From Parasphingorhabdus sp. DH2-15 (GTDB lineage Bacteria; Pseudomonadota; Alphaproteobacteria; Sphingomonadales; Sphingomonadaceae), in contig NZ_CP196351.1 in NCBI RefSeq assembly GCF_051668705.1, forward strand, positions 872,020 through 904,019: a DNA stretch of 32,000 bases, in the 5' to 3' direction. Each line of letters starts with the position of its first letter. Position 1 is the first letter of the stretch. The notes below the pieces were generated by a model. That model saw only the letters and a list, made by a program, of their open reading frames with translations. It was not told where the DNA came from and did not search any database. Made by a program: the position numbers and the translations under genes. This document shows, in pieces, positions 1 through 9,356 of the stretch.

Positions 1-141
1 AGTCTGATTCAAAAACGTTGTGAATCCGAACCAGTTAATAGCTATATTCATAGCCACAGGTTAGGTGTATTAAAACCCTCAGATAGCAAATGGTTCCAAA
101 AGTTGCACATTTTGCAAATCAAATTGCAATATGTATCAAAT

Positions 142-1683
142 TTACAACGAATTCAAAAAGTTGTTTGCGCGTTTGCGCAACAATTGTTGTTCATCTTCAT
201 CCTTTTTGTCCCAATTGCGATAGGGCATAGCAAGGCGCGGATTGCCTTTTAGTGTATCGATATTGCGATCAAGAAAGTCCCAATACAGCGCGTTGAAGGG
301 GCAGCTATCATCATCGGTGCGGGTCTTCACATTGTAACGACAATGTCCGCAATAATCACTCATCCGGTTAATATAGGCGCCACTAGAGGCGTAGGGTTTG
401 CTCGCCAATATCCCGCCATCGGCATATTGGCTCATGCCCACGACATTGGGTGCTTCCACCCATTCATAAGCATCGACATAAACTTCCAAATACCATTGAT
501 GCACCTGATGGGGGTCAACACCTACCAGCATGGCGAAATTGCCGGTAATCATAAGCCTTTGAATATGATGGGCATAACCATGGTCCAGCGTCTGGCCTAT
601 CGCTTGTGACACACAGTGCATATCGGTGTCGCCAGTATAATAAAAATCGGGCAAGTCGCGCTGCGCATTTAAATGGTTGCGCCGTGTATAGTCCGGGCCT
701 TCCCGCCAATAAATCCCGCGCACATATTCGCGCCAACCGATTATCTGACGGATAAAGCCCTCGGCAGCGTTTAGCGGAGCTTTACCGTCGCGGTAACGCG
801 CTTCAACATCACGGCACAGATCAACCGGGTCCAGCAGGCCAAGATTGATGTAGGGCGACAATATGGAGTGCCATAGAAAAGGCGCATCCGTGACCATAGC
901 GTCTTGATAATCGCCAAAATCGGCCAGTGCATTGTCCAGGAAATTACGCTTTTGCCGCATCGCCTCTTCATGCGTCACGGCAAAATGAAAATTATCCAGC
1001 GTGCCGGGATGATCAGCAAAATTCTCTTCGACCAAAGACAATATTTGCTGGGTTATGTCATCTGCCTGAAAGCGGATTGGCCTCGGCGTTAACAGATCGC
1101 CGCCATCACCGATTGGGGGCGGCTTGCGATTTTCGTTGTCATAATTCCATTTTCCGCCCTCTGGCTTGCCATCATCATCCAATAAGATGCCTGTCTTGCG
1201 GCGCATTTCACGATAGAAAAATTCCATGCGCAGCTGCTTCTTGCCCTCTGCCCAATTGGCAAATTCATCATGGCTACACAAAAACCTGTCATCAGGGCAG
1301 ATGGTGACCTTTTGGTCAAAGCGCTCGCCCCAATTCTCCATTTCGGCCATGACACGCCATTCTCCGGCCTCGGTTACGCGAATATTGTCAATATCGTATC
1401 GCTCCAGCGCGCGGGCAATTTCACCAGTAAAACTGCCGCTATTGCCTTCATCTTTCAGCTTCACATAGTCGACCTGCCATCCACGCTCGCACAATGCATC
1501 TGCATGGTGACGCATAGCGGACAATATTAATGCAATTTTGGCTTTATGGTGCCGCACATAGCTGGTCTCGTCTGCCAGCTCCATCATCAGGATGATACAA
1601 TTGTCAGGGTCTTGGTCGGCCAGAGAACTAATCGATAAGAACAATTGATCGCCCAAAAGGGGGATGAGAGTTTTTGCAGGCAT
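142..1683 (-). CDS. FeS-BCP type cryptochrome/photolyase-family protein (CryB/PhrB-like, 'photolyase-related protein')
   Basis: Track ORF is 142..1752. I place the start at the ATG at 1683 (MPAKTLIPLLGDQLF), since the 23 residues upstream look non-native. Family motifs present: IGWREYVRG, GYAHHIQRLM, EWVEAPNVVGMSQYADGG. A four-Cys set (DMHCVSQ, then YCGHC-x12-C in CGHCRYNVKTRTDDDSCPF) has the spacing I recall for the [4Fe-4S] ligands of this clade. Confidence 0.85.
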   Translation of the reverse strand: MPAKTLIPLLGDQLFLSISSLADQDPDNCIILMMELADETSYVRHHKAKIALILSAMRHHADALCERGWQVDYVKLKDEGNSGSFTGEIARALERYDIDNIRVTEAGEWRVMAEMENWGERFDQKVTICPDDRFLCSHDEFANWAEGKKQLRMEFFYREMRRKTGILLDDDGKPEGGKWNYDNENRKPPPIGDGGDLLTPRPIRFQADDITQQILSLVEENFADHPGTLDNFHFAVTHEEAMRQKRNFLDNALADFGDYQDAMVTDAPFLWHSILSPYINLGLLDPVDLCRDVEARYRDGKAPLNAAEGFIRQIIGWREYVRGIYWREGPDYTRRNHLNAQRDLPDFYYTGDTDMHCVSQAIGQTLDHGYAHHIQRLMITGNFAMLVGVDPHQVHQWYLEVYVDAYEWVEAPNVVGMSQYADGGILASKPYASSGAYINRMSDYCGHCRYNVKTRTDDDSCPFNALYWDFLDRNIDTLKGNPRLAMPYRNWDKKDEDEQQLLRKRANNFLNSL

Positions 1684-1836
1684 TTGGGTCTCAATATGGT
1701 GGCGATAAATGATGATGCGATAAATTACACGGGCGATAACAATATGCGCCATTAACGGTCCGGTCCGCTATTATATCCCCGTGCATGAGAATATTGCAGT
1801 GATGACAGCGCGGCTGATGCTGTTTATGGGGAGGGA

Positions 1837-2334
1837 ATGACCAAAGAAAATGACAATAACCGCTCTCAATCACCCGGTTCGCGCCAAGCGACACCGCAGT
1901 TTTTGGGGCAAGACAGTGCTTTGCCACAAGCGCCTGAAGATGCAGTGCTGGACTATGTGCCCAATCCGCGGCCAGGCTCTCTCTATCTTGTTCGCTTTGC
2001 AGCTCCGGAATTTACTTCGCTGTGCCCAGTTACTGCGCAGCCCGATTTTGCGCATCTGGTCATCGATTATGCGCCGGATAAAACGATTGTTGAATCCAAA
2101 TCGCTCAAGCTGTTCTTTGGCAGCTTTCGCAACCATCAGGCTTTTCATGAAGATTGCACGGTCGGTATTGGCCAAAGACTGTTTGATGAAATGAAACCAA
2201 AGTGGCTGCGTATTGGTGGCTATTGGTATCCGCGTGGCGGCATCCCTATCGATATTTTCTGGCAATCAAGTGCGCCGCCAGAGGGGTTGTGGTTGCCTGA
2301 TCAGGGAGTGGCACCCTATCGCGGCCGAGGATAA
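1837..2334 (+). CDS. queF: NADPH-dependent 7-cyano-7-deazaguanine (preQ0) reductase, type I QueF
   Basis: 165 aa, the single-domain size. Catalytic-Cys context is [14 protein letters not shown]. QueF motif is [15 protein letters not shown], with HEDC and [10 protein letters not shown] downstream. Confidence 0.9.
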   Translation: MTKENDNNRSQSPGSRQATPQFLGQDSALPQAPEDAVLDYVPNPRPGSLYLVRFAAPEFTSLCPVTAQPDFAHLVIDYAPDKTIVESKSLKLFFGSFRNHQAFHEDCTVGIGQRLFDEMKPKWLRIGGYWYPRGGIPIDIFWQSSAPPEGLWLPDQGVAPYRGRG

Positions 2335-2395
2335 TTCCTCCTCTAAGGATCAATATAGCTGCTAATCAACCATATGTTCTTCTCTTGATCTTTTT

Positions 2396-3442
2396 TTGTT
2401 CCATGCTATGAAAGTGGAACATTATGAGAATGAAGGGGAGATTCTTATGAATATGGTTATGGCTCCAAAACCTGCAAATTGGCGCAGTTTTGATAGGTTT
2501 TCAGGCAATCAGACGGCGGTGTCGGTCGGTCTTGTCTGCGAATCTCCTGACATGGCGACTCTTATTACAGAAGATATCATCGCCGTTCACGGAACATCTG
2601 CGCCCAGCACGCCTCTATCTGCCCATATTGATATTGTTGGCATGGGTTGGGATGTGCTTGTTCTGCAATGTGATGAACATAGTCATATCGCGCAGCAATT
2701 GTTGGAAAAGCTGGCTCTACAACCTCTAATAAACCGGCCAGTGATTATTTTGCAGATCAGCATTGAGGCATTGGATGATATTTTCCCAGTGGCCGAATCG
2801 CTGGAGGCGGATATTCTCATCGGTGATGTTCGCGCAGAGCGCATCGCTGCATTGCTCAGCACCAGAAGGCGCAGCAATCTGGCGGAACAGGATGAAGACA
2901 CTGCCTTTATGTTGCGCCGCCTTACCGAACAGATGGATGGTTTCGCCAAGCAGTTGGAGCGTCTTTCATCATCTGGCAGCACCGGAAGTAATGAAAGAGG
3001 ACGGGCCAGCGATACGCGGCTTGCTAGCCCCAAAGATGGCTTTCGTGGTAAGAAAGATGATACCCCATGGTTGATAAATGACGGCAAGACAGGTCATTTT
3101 TCCGCTAATGATGTCAGGCGAATTATATCCGCACGGCGCCGGCGGGATAATATTTTTGGCGATGATTTGTTTGCTGACCCAGCATGGGATATTTTGCTCG
3201 ATCTTTATGCAGCCTTTCTGGAAGAGCGTCAGGTCGCGGTTTCCAGCCTGTGCATTGCGGCTGCCGTACCTCCGACAACAGCTCTGCGTTGGCTGAAATT
3301 GATGACCAAATCGGGCTGGTTGGAGCGAGAGGCCGACCCTATCGATCGCCGCCGCGTCTATATGCGTCTTTCGGCTAAGGCTCTAAAAACCATGCAAAGT
3401 TATCTTGATAATATTGCTTTAGATGACGCCTCACTCCTCTAA
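2396..3442 (+). CDS. Regulator with C-terminal MarR-like winged-helix domain and a divergent, possibly receiver-like N-terminal region
   Basis: 348-aa ORF. The C-terminal ~110 aa (ANDVRRIISARRRRDNIFGDDLFADPAWDILLDLYAAFLEERQVAVSSLCIAAAVPPTTALRWLKLMTKSGWLEREADPIDRRRVYMRLSAKALKTM) has a wHTH pattern and is paralogous to ORF 13682..14326. The start is uncertain: TTG at 2396, with ATGs at 2408 and further downstream. Confidence 0.6.
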   Translation: MFHAMKVEHYENEGEILMNMVMAPKPANWRSFDRFSGNQTAVSVGLVCESPDMATLITEDIIAVHGTSAPSTPLSAHIDIVGMGWDVLVLQCDEHSHIAQQLLEKLALQPLINRPVIILQISIEALDDIFPVAESLEADILIGDVRAERIAALLSTRRRSNLAEQDEDTAFMLRRLTEQMDGFAKQLERLSSSGSTGSNERGRASDTRLASPKDGFRGKKDDTPWLINDGKTGHFSANDVRRIISARRRRDNIFGDDLFADPAWDILLDLYAAFLEERQVAVSSLCIAAAVPPTTALRWLKLMTKSGWLEREADPIDRRRVYMRLSAKALKTMQSYLDNIALDDASLL

Positions 3443-3538
3443 GCCTAGCAGCATAAACACGAATAAATGTGGTTTGGGTAAAAACTGGTCTTGATTTTGT
3501 TGGCGGATGGCGTATTTAGCCGCTTCTCCAATGGAAAT

Positions 3539-3614
3539 GGGCGATTAGCTCAGTTGGTAGAGCATCTCGTTTACACCGAGAGGGTCGGCAGTTCGAGCCT
3601 GTCATCGCCCACCA
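3539..3614 (+). tRNA. tRNA-Val (anticodon TAC)
   Basis: 76 nt with a cloverleaf by hand. Acceptor GGGCGAT/ATCGCCC; D arm GCTC-AGTTGGTA-GAGC; anticodon stem TCTCG/CGAGA with loop TTTACAC (anticodon TAC); T arm GGCAG-TTCGAGC-CTGTC. Discriminator A and an encoded CCA follow. Confidence 0.92.
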
Positions 3615-3750
3615 TTTCCAAACCCCCTTATATCTTAAGTTTCGGCCCTTATCGTCAATCAGAACTGTCTTAGTCTCTATTGGCAGTGTACAGCGAATGG
3701 ACAGCACACCATTGATCGGGTTTGTCTAGCACCTTTGGATAATTTATTGG

Positions 3751-4371
3751 TTATGAACCGGCCAATGTATCTTCCATCATGGCCGCAGCGCGCGGACCGT
3801 TCCAGTTCATTCCGCCCAACATGCGCCATACTTCTATGCCTTGCGAATCATATAAAATTGTCGTGGGCATGATTCCTGTAGCGAGAGCAAAGTTCAGACC
3901 ATTTTCAGGGTCAATATAAGGTTTCAGCTTGGTAAATTCCGCCTTTTCAAAAAAGGGCAAAACCTTCGCATTGCCTTCCAGATCTTGCGATACGACCAGA
4001 ACATTTAACCGATCATCTTTTTCGGCCAGCGCATCAAGGGTCGGCATTTCCGCAACGCATGGCGCGCACCATGTTGCCCATAGATTGACCAGCAAGGGCT
4101 TGCCCTTAAAATCAGCCAGCGACACTGCGCTGCCATCAGGCGCAGCAAAAACGGCCTCTGGGGCCGCTGTGCCACGCTTTGATATATCCAATTTCCCACT
4201 AAATGCAGGGTGCGGTGGCGGACCGTCATCAGCAGCAACTGCGCTTTCGCTATTTGTGGCCACATCCGCATCTTGCCCTGTGTCAGAGGATTGCGTATCG
4301 CAGCTAGCAAGCATCAGTGCGGCCGCTGCGATAGACAGGACAGGCAAAGCAGAGGAAAATCGAGAAACCAT
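3751..4371 (-). CDS. TlpA-family periplasmic thiol:disulfide oxidoreductase, lipoprotein
   Basis: The real protein is the C-terminal 206 aa of track ORF 3751..4770, starting [24 protein letters not shown] (lipobox LASC). Thioredoxin active site is WATWCAPC. The longer upstream extension is antisense to argH and Ser/Ala/Arg-rich junk. Confidence 0.85.
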   Translation of the reverse strand: MVSRFSSALPVLSIAAAALMLASCDTQSSDTGQDADVATNSESAVAADDGPPPHPAFSGKLDISKRGTAAPEAVFAAPDGSAVSLADFKGKPLLVNLWATWCAPCVAEMPTLDALAEKDDRLNVLVVSQDLEGNAKVLPFFEKAEFTKLKPYIDPENGLNFALATGIMPTTILYDSQGIEVWRMLGGMNWNGPRAAAMMEDTLAGS

Positions 4372-4390
4372 GGGTAAAAACTCCAATAAT

Positions 4391-5776
4391 ATGTCAGCCA
4401 ATAATATGTGGGGCGGTCGTTTTGCGGGCGGCCCAGCGGCTATAATGCAAGAGATAAATGCTTCCATACCCTTCGACAAGGCACTTTGGCGACAAGATAT
4501 TACAGGATCGCTAGCGCATGTCGCGATGTTGGGCAAATGTGCAATTATTTCTACCGAAGATATGGCAGCTATAACTGACGGCCTGAACCAGATTGCCGAA
4601 GAGTTTGAGCGTGACGGCATTACCGAAGACTTGGCACTGGAAGATGTGCATATGCATGTTGAAGCGCGGCTGAGAGAGATTGTTGGTGATGTGGCCGGTC
4701 GGCTGCACACAGCGCGCTCACGCAACGACCAGGTAGCGACCGATTTCCGCCTTTGGGTGCGCGATGCCATTGCATCAGTGGATGCGGCATTGCTGCAGTT
4801 TCAGCATATATTGTTGCGCCGTGCAGAAGAGCATCATGACAGCATCATGCCGGGCTTTACCCATTTGCAGACCGCGCAGCCTGTGACATTGGGCCATCAT
4901 TTGCTGGCCTATTTTGAGATGATATCGCGGGACCGTCAGCGCTTTGCCGATGCGTATATGCGGACCAATCAGAGCCCTTTGGGAGCCGCGGCCCTTGCCG
5001 GAACTGGCTTTCCTATAGACCGTCATATGACCAGTGAAGCCCTGGGCTTTGATGCACCCATGGCCAATTCCCTTGATGCCGTGTCGGACCGTGACTTTGC
5101 TCTGGATTTCTTAACTGCTGCATGCCAATGCGCCTTGCACCTTTCGCGGCTTGCCGAAGAAATTATCCTCTGGGCCAGCCAACCTTTTGGATTTCTGCAA
5201 TTGCCGGACAGTTTTTCGACCGGTTCTTCCATCATGCCGCAAAAGCGCAACCCAGATGCCGCCGAGCTTGTGCGCTCTCATGCAGGCAGAATTATTGGCT
5301 GCCAAAATGCCCTAATGATCAGCATGAAGGGGCTTCCCTTGGCGTATTCCAAGGATATGCAGAATGACAAACCGCCAGTATTTGAGGCAGAAAAACTCCT
5401 AGGCCTTTGCATTGCAGCGATGACAGGCTTGGTCGATGAAGCGGTGTTTGTTCCTGCCGCAATGCGCAGTGCCGCAGAACAAGGCTATGCCAGCGCCACC
5501 GATTTGGCTGATTGGCTGGTGCGTCAAGCGGACATTCCATTCCGTGAAGCACATCATATTACCGGCGCTATTGTCCGTATGGCAGAAGAGCAGTCTGTGC
5601 CGCTCGATCAATTGGCTCTAGCGGATATGCAAGCGGTTGATTCGCGTATTGATGAGCGCATTTTTGATGCTCTGTCGCTCGATGCATCTGTACGCAGCCG
5701 AAACAGCTATGGCGGAACCGCACCTGATCAGGTAATGCAGCAAATTCAAGCGGCGCAGCAGCGTCTCGCAGATTAA
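4391..5776 (+). CDS. argH: Argininosuccinate lyase
   Basis: [30 protein letters not shown] is the N-terminus. Fumarate-lyase signatures are [12 protein letters not shown] and [12 protein letters not shown]. Track ORF 3929..5776 is over-extended; an alternative start is the ATG at 4370. Confidence 0.93.
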   Translation: MSANNMWGGRFAGGPAAIMQEINASIPFDKALWRQDITGSLAHVAMLGKCAIISTEDMAAITDGLNQIAEEFERDGITEDLALEDVHMHVEARLREIVGDVAGRLHTARSRNDQVATDFRLWVRDAIASVDAALLQFQHILLRRAEEHHDSIMPGFTHLQTAQPVTLGHHLLAYFEMISRDRQRFADAYMRTNQSPLGAAALAGTGFPIDRHMTSEALGFDAPMANSLDAVSDRDFALDFLTAACQCALHLSRLAEEIILWASQPFGFLQLPDSFSTGSSIMPQKRNPDAAELVRSHAGRIIGCQNALMISMKGLPLAYSKDMQNDKPPVFEAEKLLGLCIAAMTGLVDEAVFVPAAMRSAAEQGYASATDLADWLVRQADIPFREAHHITGAIVRMAEEQSVPLDQLALADMQAVDSRIDERIFDALSLDASVRSRNSYGGTAPDQVMQQIQAAQQRLAD

Positions 5777-5799
5777 GCCCCATATTGGAGGGAACGGTA

Positions 5800-6054
5800 A
5801 TGGCATCTAAACCATATATATCTGTCATGGCTTTGCTATGTGCTGTGCCGTTACTGGCGTCATGCGGCAATTCCAAACCCTTGGTCGCTAAGGCTGGCGA
5901 TAGTTTGCCGCCTGCGCCTTATGCTGCGAGGGAAACGCCGGATTCAACCAGATTGCTGGAAACATCAACGCAAGCACGGCCCGACAGGAGCGTAGAACTG
6001 CGCCGTCGTTCCGAAGTGCGTGAAGATGATGAATTCGACATGCCGCCAGAATAA
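5800..6054 (+). CDS. Small lipoprotein of unknown function
   Basis: GGAGGG lies 7 nt upstream of the ATG at 5800. Signal peptide plus lipobox: MASKPYISVMALLCAVPLLASCG. It occupies the conserved argH-lysA position and has a low-complexity charged C-terminus. Confidence 0.65.
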   Translation: MASKPYISVMALLCAVPLLASCGNSKPLVAKAGDSLPPAPYAARETPDSTRLLETSTQARPDRSVELRRRSEVREDDEFDMPPE

Positions 6055-6103
6055 TTTTCGTACAGCGATTATCTCTTAAAACAATCAAATTACGAGCCAC
6101 GCT

Positions 6104-7363
6104 ATGGACTTTTTTCAATTAAAAGGCGGCATCATCCATGCCGAAAACCTGCCATTGACCGTATTGGCAGAGACATATGGAACGCCCTGCTATATCTATT
6201 CGGCCGGAACGCTGCGCCGCCATGCGCGTGTGTTTCGTGAAGGCTTATCTGCTTTACCAAAAGTGCATTGCGCGTTTGCCGTAAAGGCCAACCCGAATCT
6301 GGCGATTTTGCGTATCTTGGCAAAAGAAGGCTATGGCGCAGATGTTGTGTCTGGTGGTGAGTTGGCGCGCGCATTGGCCGCAGGCATGGCCGCAGAAGAT
6401 ATTGTTTTTTCCGGCGTTGGTAAAACGGCTGCAGAAATGCGTGATGGCCTTAAGGCTGATATTGGCCAGTTTAATATTGAGTCGATTGAAGAGGGCCATG
6501 AACTGGCGGCCATAGCTGCAGAAATGGGCAAGTGCCCTGCGGTTACGCTGCGCATCAATCCGGATGTTGATGCCGCGACCCACGCCAAAATCTCCACTGG
6601 CAAGGCAGAGAATAAATTTGGCGTCGCCATTGACCATGCCGCGGATATTTTCGCTGAACTGGCGGGGCACTCCTCTCTGAATATGCGCGGTGTTGCGGTG
6701 CATATTGGCAGTCAATTGCTCTCACTCAATCCGTTAAAGATGGCCTTTGAACGGGTCGGTAATCTGGTGCAGCAATTGCGTGAACGCGGCTTGACCATCA
6801 GCCATGTTGACCTAGGCGGCGGCATCGGTGTGCCGTATAAAGACGGTGAAGTGCCGCCAAGTCCGGCAGAATATGGCGCTATGGTGGCAGATGTAACCCG
6901 CAATTGGGATGTGACGTTGATGTTTGAGCCTGGCCGAGTGATTGCCGGTAATGCTGGTGTTATGCTGACCCGTGTCATTCGTGTGAAACAAGGCCATGGC
7001 GACCCGTTCGTGGTGGTCGATGGCGCTATGAATGATTTGGCGCGTCCGGCACTATATGATGCCTATCATGATTTTGTCCCGGTACAGCCTGATGGCACCA
7101 ATATGATGGCCAATATTGTCGGTCCTATTTGCGAAACCGGGGACACATTTGCACGCAATAGGCCCATAGGCGCGGTCAAGGCTGGTGATCTGGCAATTTT
7201 CCGCACCGCAGGGGCATATGGGGCCACAATGGCCAGCACCTATAATAGCCGCGCCTTGGTGCCGGAAATATTGGTAGATGGCGATCAACATGCTTTGGTC
7301 GCGGACCGGATTGACCCCGCTACAATTATGGCAGCGGAGCGCTTGCCGGATTGGCTGGATTAA
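6104..7363 (+). CDS. lysA: Diaminopimelate decarboxylase
   Basis: 419 aa. PLP-Lys context is CAFAVKANPN. Other family motifs: HVDLGGGIGV, MFEPGRVIAG, GPICETGDTF. Confidence 0.93.
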   Translation: MDFFQLKGGIIHAENLPLTVLAETYGTPCYIYSAGTLRRHARVFREGLSALPKVHCAFAVKANPNLAILRILAKEGYGADVVSGGELARALAAGMAAEDIVFSGVGKTAAEMRDGLKADIGQFNIESIEEGHELAAIAAEMGKCPAVTLRINPDVDAATHAKISTGKAENKFGVAIDHAADIFAELAGHSSLNMRGVAVHIGSQLLSLNPLKMAFERVGNLVQQLRERGLTISHVDLGGGIGVPYKDGEVPPSPAEYGAMVADVTRNWDVTLMFEPGRVIAGNAGVMLTRVIRVKQGHGDPFVVVDGAMNDLARPALYDAYHDFVPVQPDGTNMMANIVGPICETGDTFARNRPIGAVKAGDLAIFRTAGAYGATMASTYNSRALVPEILVDGDQHALVADRIDPATIMAAERLPDWLD

Positions 7364-7378
7364 GCGAAAGTCTCACTC

Positions 7379-8176
7379 ATGCGCAGCTTTCCGATCTTTT
7401 TGGAGCTTCAGGCCCAGCCTGTTATCTTGATAGGTGAGGGGCCTGCTGCGGATGCAAAACGGCGTCTTTATCAGCGTGCAGGGGCTATCATTGTTGGCGA
7501 ATTCCACCCCTGCTCAAAGATTGTAGTGATAGCGGAAGAAGATGATGACGCGGCACATGCCGCCGTTGCGCGGTGCAGAGCCCGCGGATTGCTCATCAAT
7601 GTCGTTGACCGTCCGGCACTATGTGATTTTACCACTCCCGCTATTGTTGATCGCAACCCGGTGACTATTGCCATAGGAACTGGCGGGGCCTCTGCAGGTC
7701 TGGCCAAGGCGCTGCGTCAGCGATTGGAAGCGCTATTGCCAGAAACTTTGGGCGCATTGGCGAAAGGTCTGTTCGCTGCACGGCCCGCTATTAAAGACAC
7801 TTGGCCGGATGGTCGTGAGCGGCGGCAAGCCATTGATGCTGCGCTTCAACCCGGCGGACCGCTCGACCCTTTTGGTGATATAAAAAACGATGCAGTTAAT
7901 GACTGGCTGGCAGAAGGCGGGGATAAGCGCCAAATCGGAATTGAACAGATTGATTTGGCCAGCAATGACCCTGATGATCTGACATTAAAGCAAGCACGAC
8001 TGTTAGCCAGTGCTGATTATGTTATAACAATTGGCAGTGTCGGTGCGGCTATTATGGCGCGGATAAGGGCTGATGCCGATATATTGCCCGGCCCAGATCA
8101 TGGCCATGACCGCGATCATGACCTTCCCGCTGACGCTCTGATTATTCGCCTGACTGCGGCCGCAACAGAAAATTGA
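7379..8176 (+). CDS. Siroheme-synthase N-terminal-domain protein (precorrin-2 dehydrogenase / sirohydrochlorin ferrochelatase-like) with a vestigial methyltransferase start
   Basis: FPIFLELQAQPVILIGEGPAADAKRRL (Rossmann-like), INVVDRPALCDFTTPAIVDRNPVTIAIGTGGASAGLAKALRQRLEALLP. The C-terminal 60 aa resemble only the first part of a SUMT domain and lack its GxGxGD loop. Confidence 0.7.
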   Translation: MRSFPIFLELQAQPVILIGEGPAADAKRRLYQRAGAIIVGEFHPCSKIVVIAEEDDDAAHAAVARCRARGLLINVVDRPALCDFTTPAIVDRNPVTIAIGTGGASAGLAKALRQRLEALLPETLGALAKGLFAARPAIKDTWPDGRERRQAIDAALQPGGPLDPFGDIKNDAVNDWLAEGGDKRQIGIEQIDLASNDPDDLTLKQARLLASADYVITIGSVGAAIMARIRADADILPGPDHGHDRDHDLPADALIIRLTAAATEN

Positions 8177-8573
8177 GGCGTGAGGAAGCAATCAGTTTGC
8201 GCCTGTCCATTTGCCAAGCAAAACTCTCTACATTGGCAACGCGCTGTCCCAATCTGGTGACTTGCCCTAGGGCATAAGTTGTATGTTCACGGCCGCCGCG
8301 CATAAAGTCGATAGTAATGTTGACCGGTTTCATCTGGTCGGCGCGTCCGGCATTGGCCAGAACCACCCGCAACGCAGAAAATGCGGCCATTTCCAGCAGC
8401 CCCGACAATGCGCCACCATGCACAAACCCCGGACGGCCCATAACGCCATTGTTAAAATCATAACAAATAACAGGCAGATCATCTTCAAAGCCATGGATGC
8501 GCATACCCATATGATGCGCAAATGGTGGTAATTGGCGGGCTATTGCTTCGACATTGCTATATTCCGTGGTCAT
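8142..8573 (-). CDS. PaaI-family (hotdog-fold) thioesterase
   Basis: 143 aa. GFVHGGALSGLLEMAAFSAL is the typical PaaI/4HBT-II core. It overlaps the upstream paralog by 4 nt (ATGA), and its 3' end overlaps the convergent gene 7379..8176 by 35 nt. Confidence 0.75.
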   Translation of the reverse strand: MTTEYSNVEAIARQLPPFAHHMGMRIHGFEDDLPVICYDFNNGVMGRPGFVHGGALSGLLEMAAFSALRVVLANAGRADQMKPVNITIDFMRGGREHTTYALGQVTRLGQRVANVESFAWQMDRRKLIASSRLNFLLRPQSGE

Positions 8574-9007
8574 GCCGTTACATCCATATTGATAAAAGTT
8601 CCTGCAACATGGGCGATGGGGTCATCCAAATCACCATGATGGGCTATGCCGCGCACAAATGCGATTGATCGTTTGATTTGGTAACATTCGCCGCGCCCGT
8701 ACACGATTTTATTGGGTTCTGCTGCACGCATATAGTCGACGCGCAGATCAAGCGTGACTTGTGGCCGGAATTTACCCAGTCTTGCCCAAACGGAAAGGCT
8801 AGTGGCGTTGTCCATCATGCTGATGATGGGCCCCGATGCTAATATACCGGTCGACTCATCACCGACCAACTCTTTGCGCCAAGGCAGGGCCAATTCCACC
8901 CAGTCATCGCCATGGTCATGATATCCGAAGCCGATATGGCCGCCATGACCATGGCTTGAAATGGCTTCTATCCATTGCTTTGGGTTAAAATTTTCCGTGT
9001 CGGCCAT
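8570..9007 (-). CDS. PaaI-family (hotdog-fold) thioesterase, paralog
   Basis: 145 aa. LPWRKELVGDESTGILASGPIISMMDNATSLSVWA has the hotdog pattern. It is translationally coupled to 8142..8573. Confidence 0.7.
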   Translation of the reverse strand: MADTENFNPKQWIEAISSHGHGGHIGFGYHDHGDDWVELALPWRKELVGDESTGILASGPIISMMDNATSLSVWARLGKFRPQVTLDLRVDYMRAAEPNKIVYGRGECYQIKRSIAFVRGIAHHGDLDDPIAHVAGTFINMDVTA

Positions 9008-9183
9008 GCCGATAATATCCTTTTTATAAGGAGAATTTTATCAAACTCCCCTTCGCATAATATGTTCATTTTTATGTCCCGAACTTCATTAGCGGCTCGG
9101 TCTGTTTCTCCATAACCATGAAGGCGCGAATTCCCAAGAATTTGCACATCGCATCTTAACATGAAGATAAAGGAGAAGACTTT

Positions 9184-9336
9184 ATGAACCTGGCAGACAT
9201 TCCTGAATTGACTGAGAAAGTCGCGAATTTTGGTTCTATGGTGATGGACTCAGCACCCATGATCGCTGGTGACGACCTTTGGCTCATTCTCGCAATTTAT
9301 ATCTTTGAAGCACAAGATCTGGCTCTCGGTTTCTGA
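9184..9336 (+). CDS. Small 50-aa protein, unknown function (below the track's length cutoff)
   Basis: Hand-translated: MNLADIPELTEKVANFGSMVMDSAPMIAGDDLWLILAIYIFEAQDLALGF*. AAGGAG lies 8 nt upstream of the ATG. It ends 20 nt before the next co-directional ORF. Confidence 0.5.
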   Translation: MNLADIPELTEKVANFGSMVMDSAPMIAGDDLWLILAIYIFEAQDLALGF

Positions 9337-9356
9337 TCGTTTATGTGTTTTGAGTA

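Noticed and set aside
1-141. Repeated TTGCA(A) words (TTGCACATTTTGCAAATCAAATTGCAAT) downstream of the photolyase gene
   Set aside because: The words are short and AT-rich, with only partial symmetry and no stem plus T-run terminator structure. The window edge also prevents any context.
1753-1836. preQ1 riboswitch upstream of queF
   Set aside because: I could not recognise the conserved preQ1-I/II core or a compatible pseudoknot-forming hairpin. The region is short and shared with the divergent photolyase promoter.
3539-3750. tRNA-Val as a possible integration site for a genomic island
   Set aside because: There is no integrase, no direct repeat of the tRNA 3' end that I could find by eye downstream, and the flanking genes (tlpA-like, argH, lysA) are core genes in conserved order.
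3929-4770. Mutually overlapping N-terminal extensions of track ORFs 3751..4770 (-) and 3929..5776 (+)
   Set aside because: Each extension is antisense to the other gene's true coding region and is compositionally odd. The native N-termini (lipoprotein signal MVSRFSS...LASC and [11 protein letters not shown]) begin at internal ATGs.
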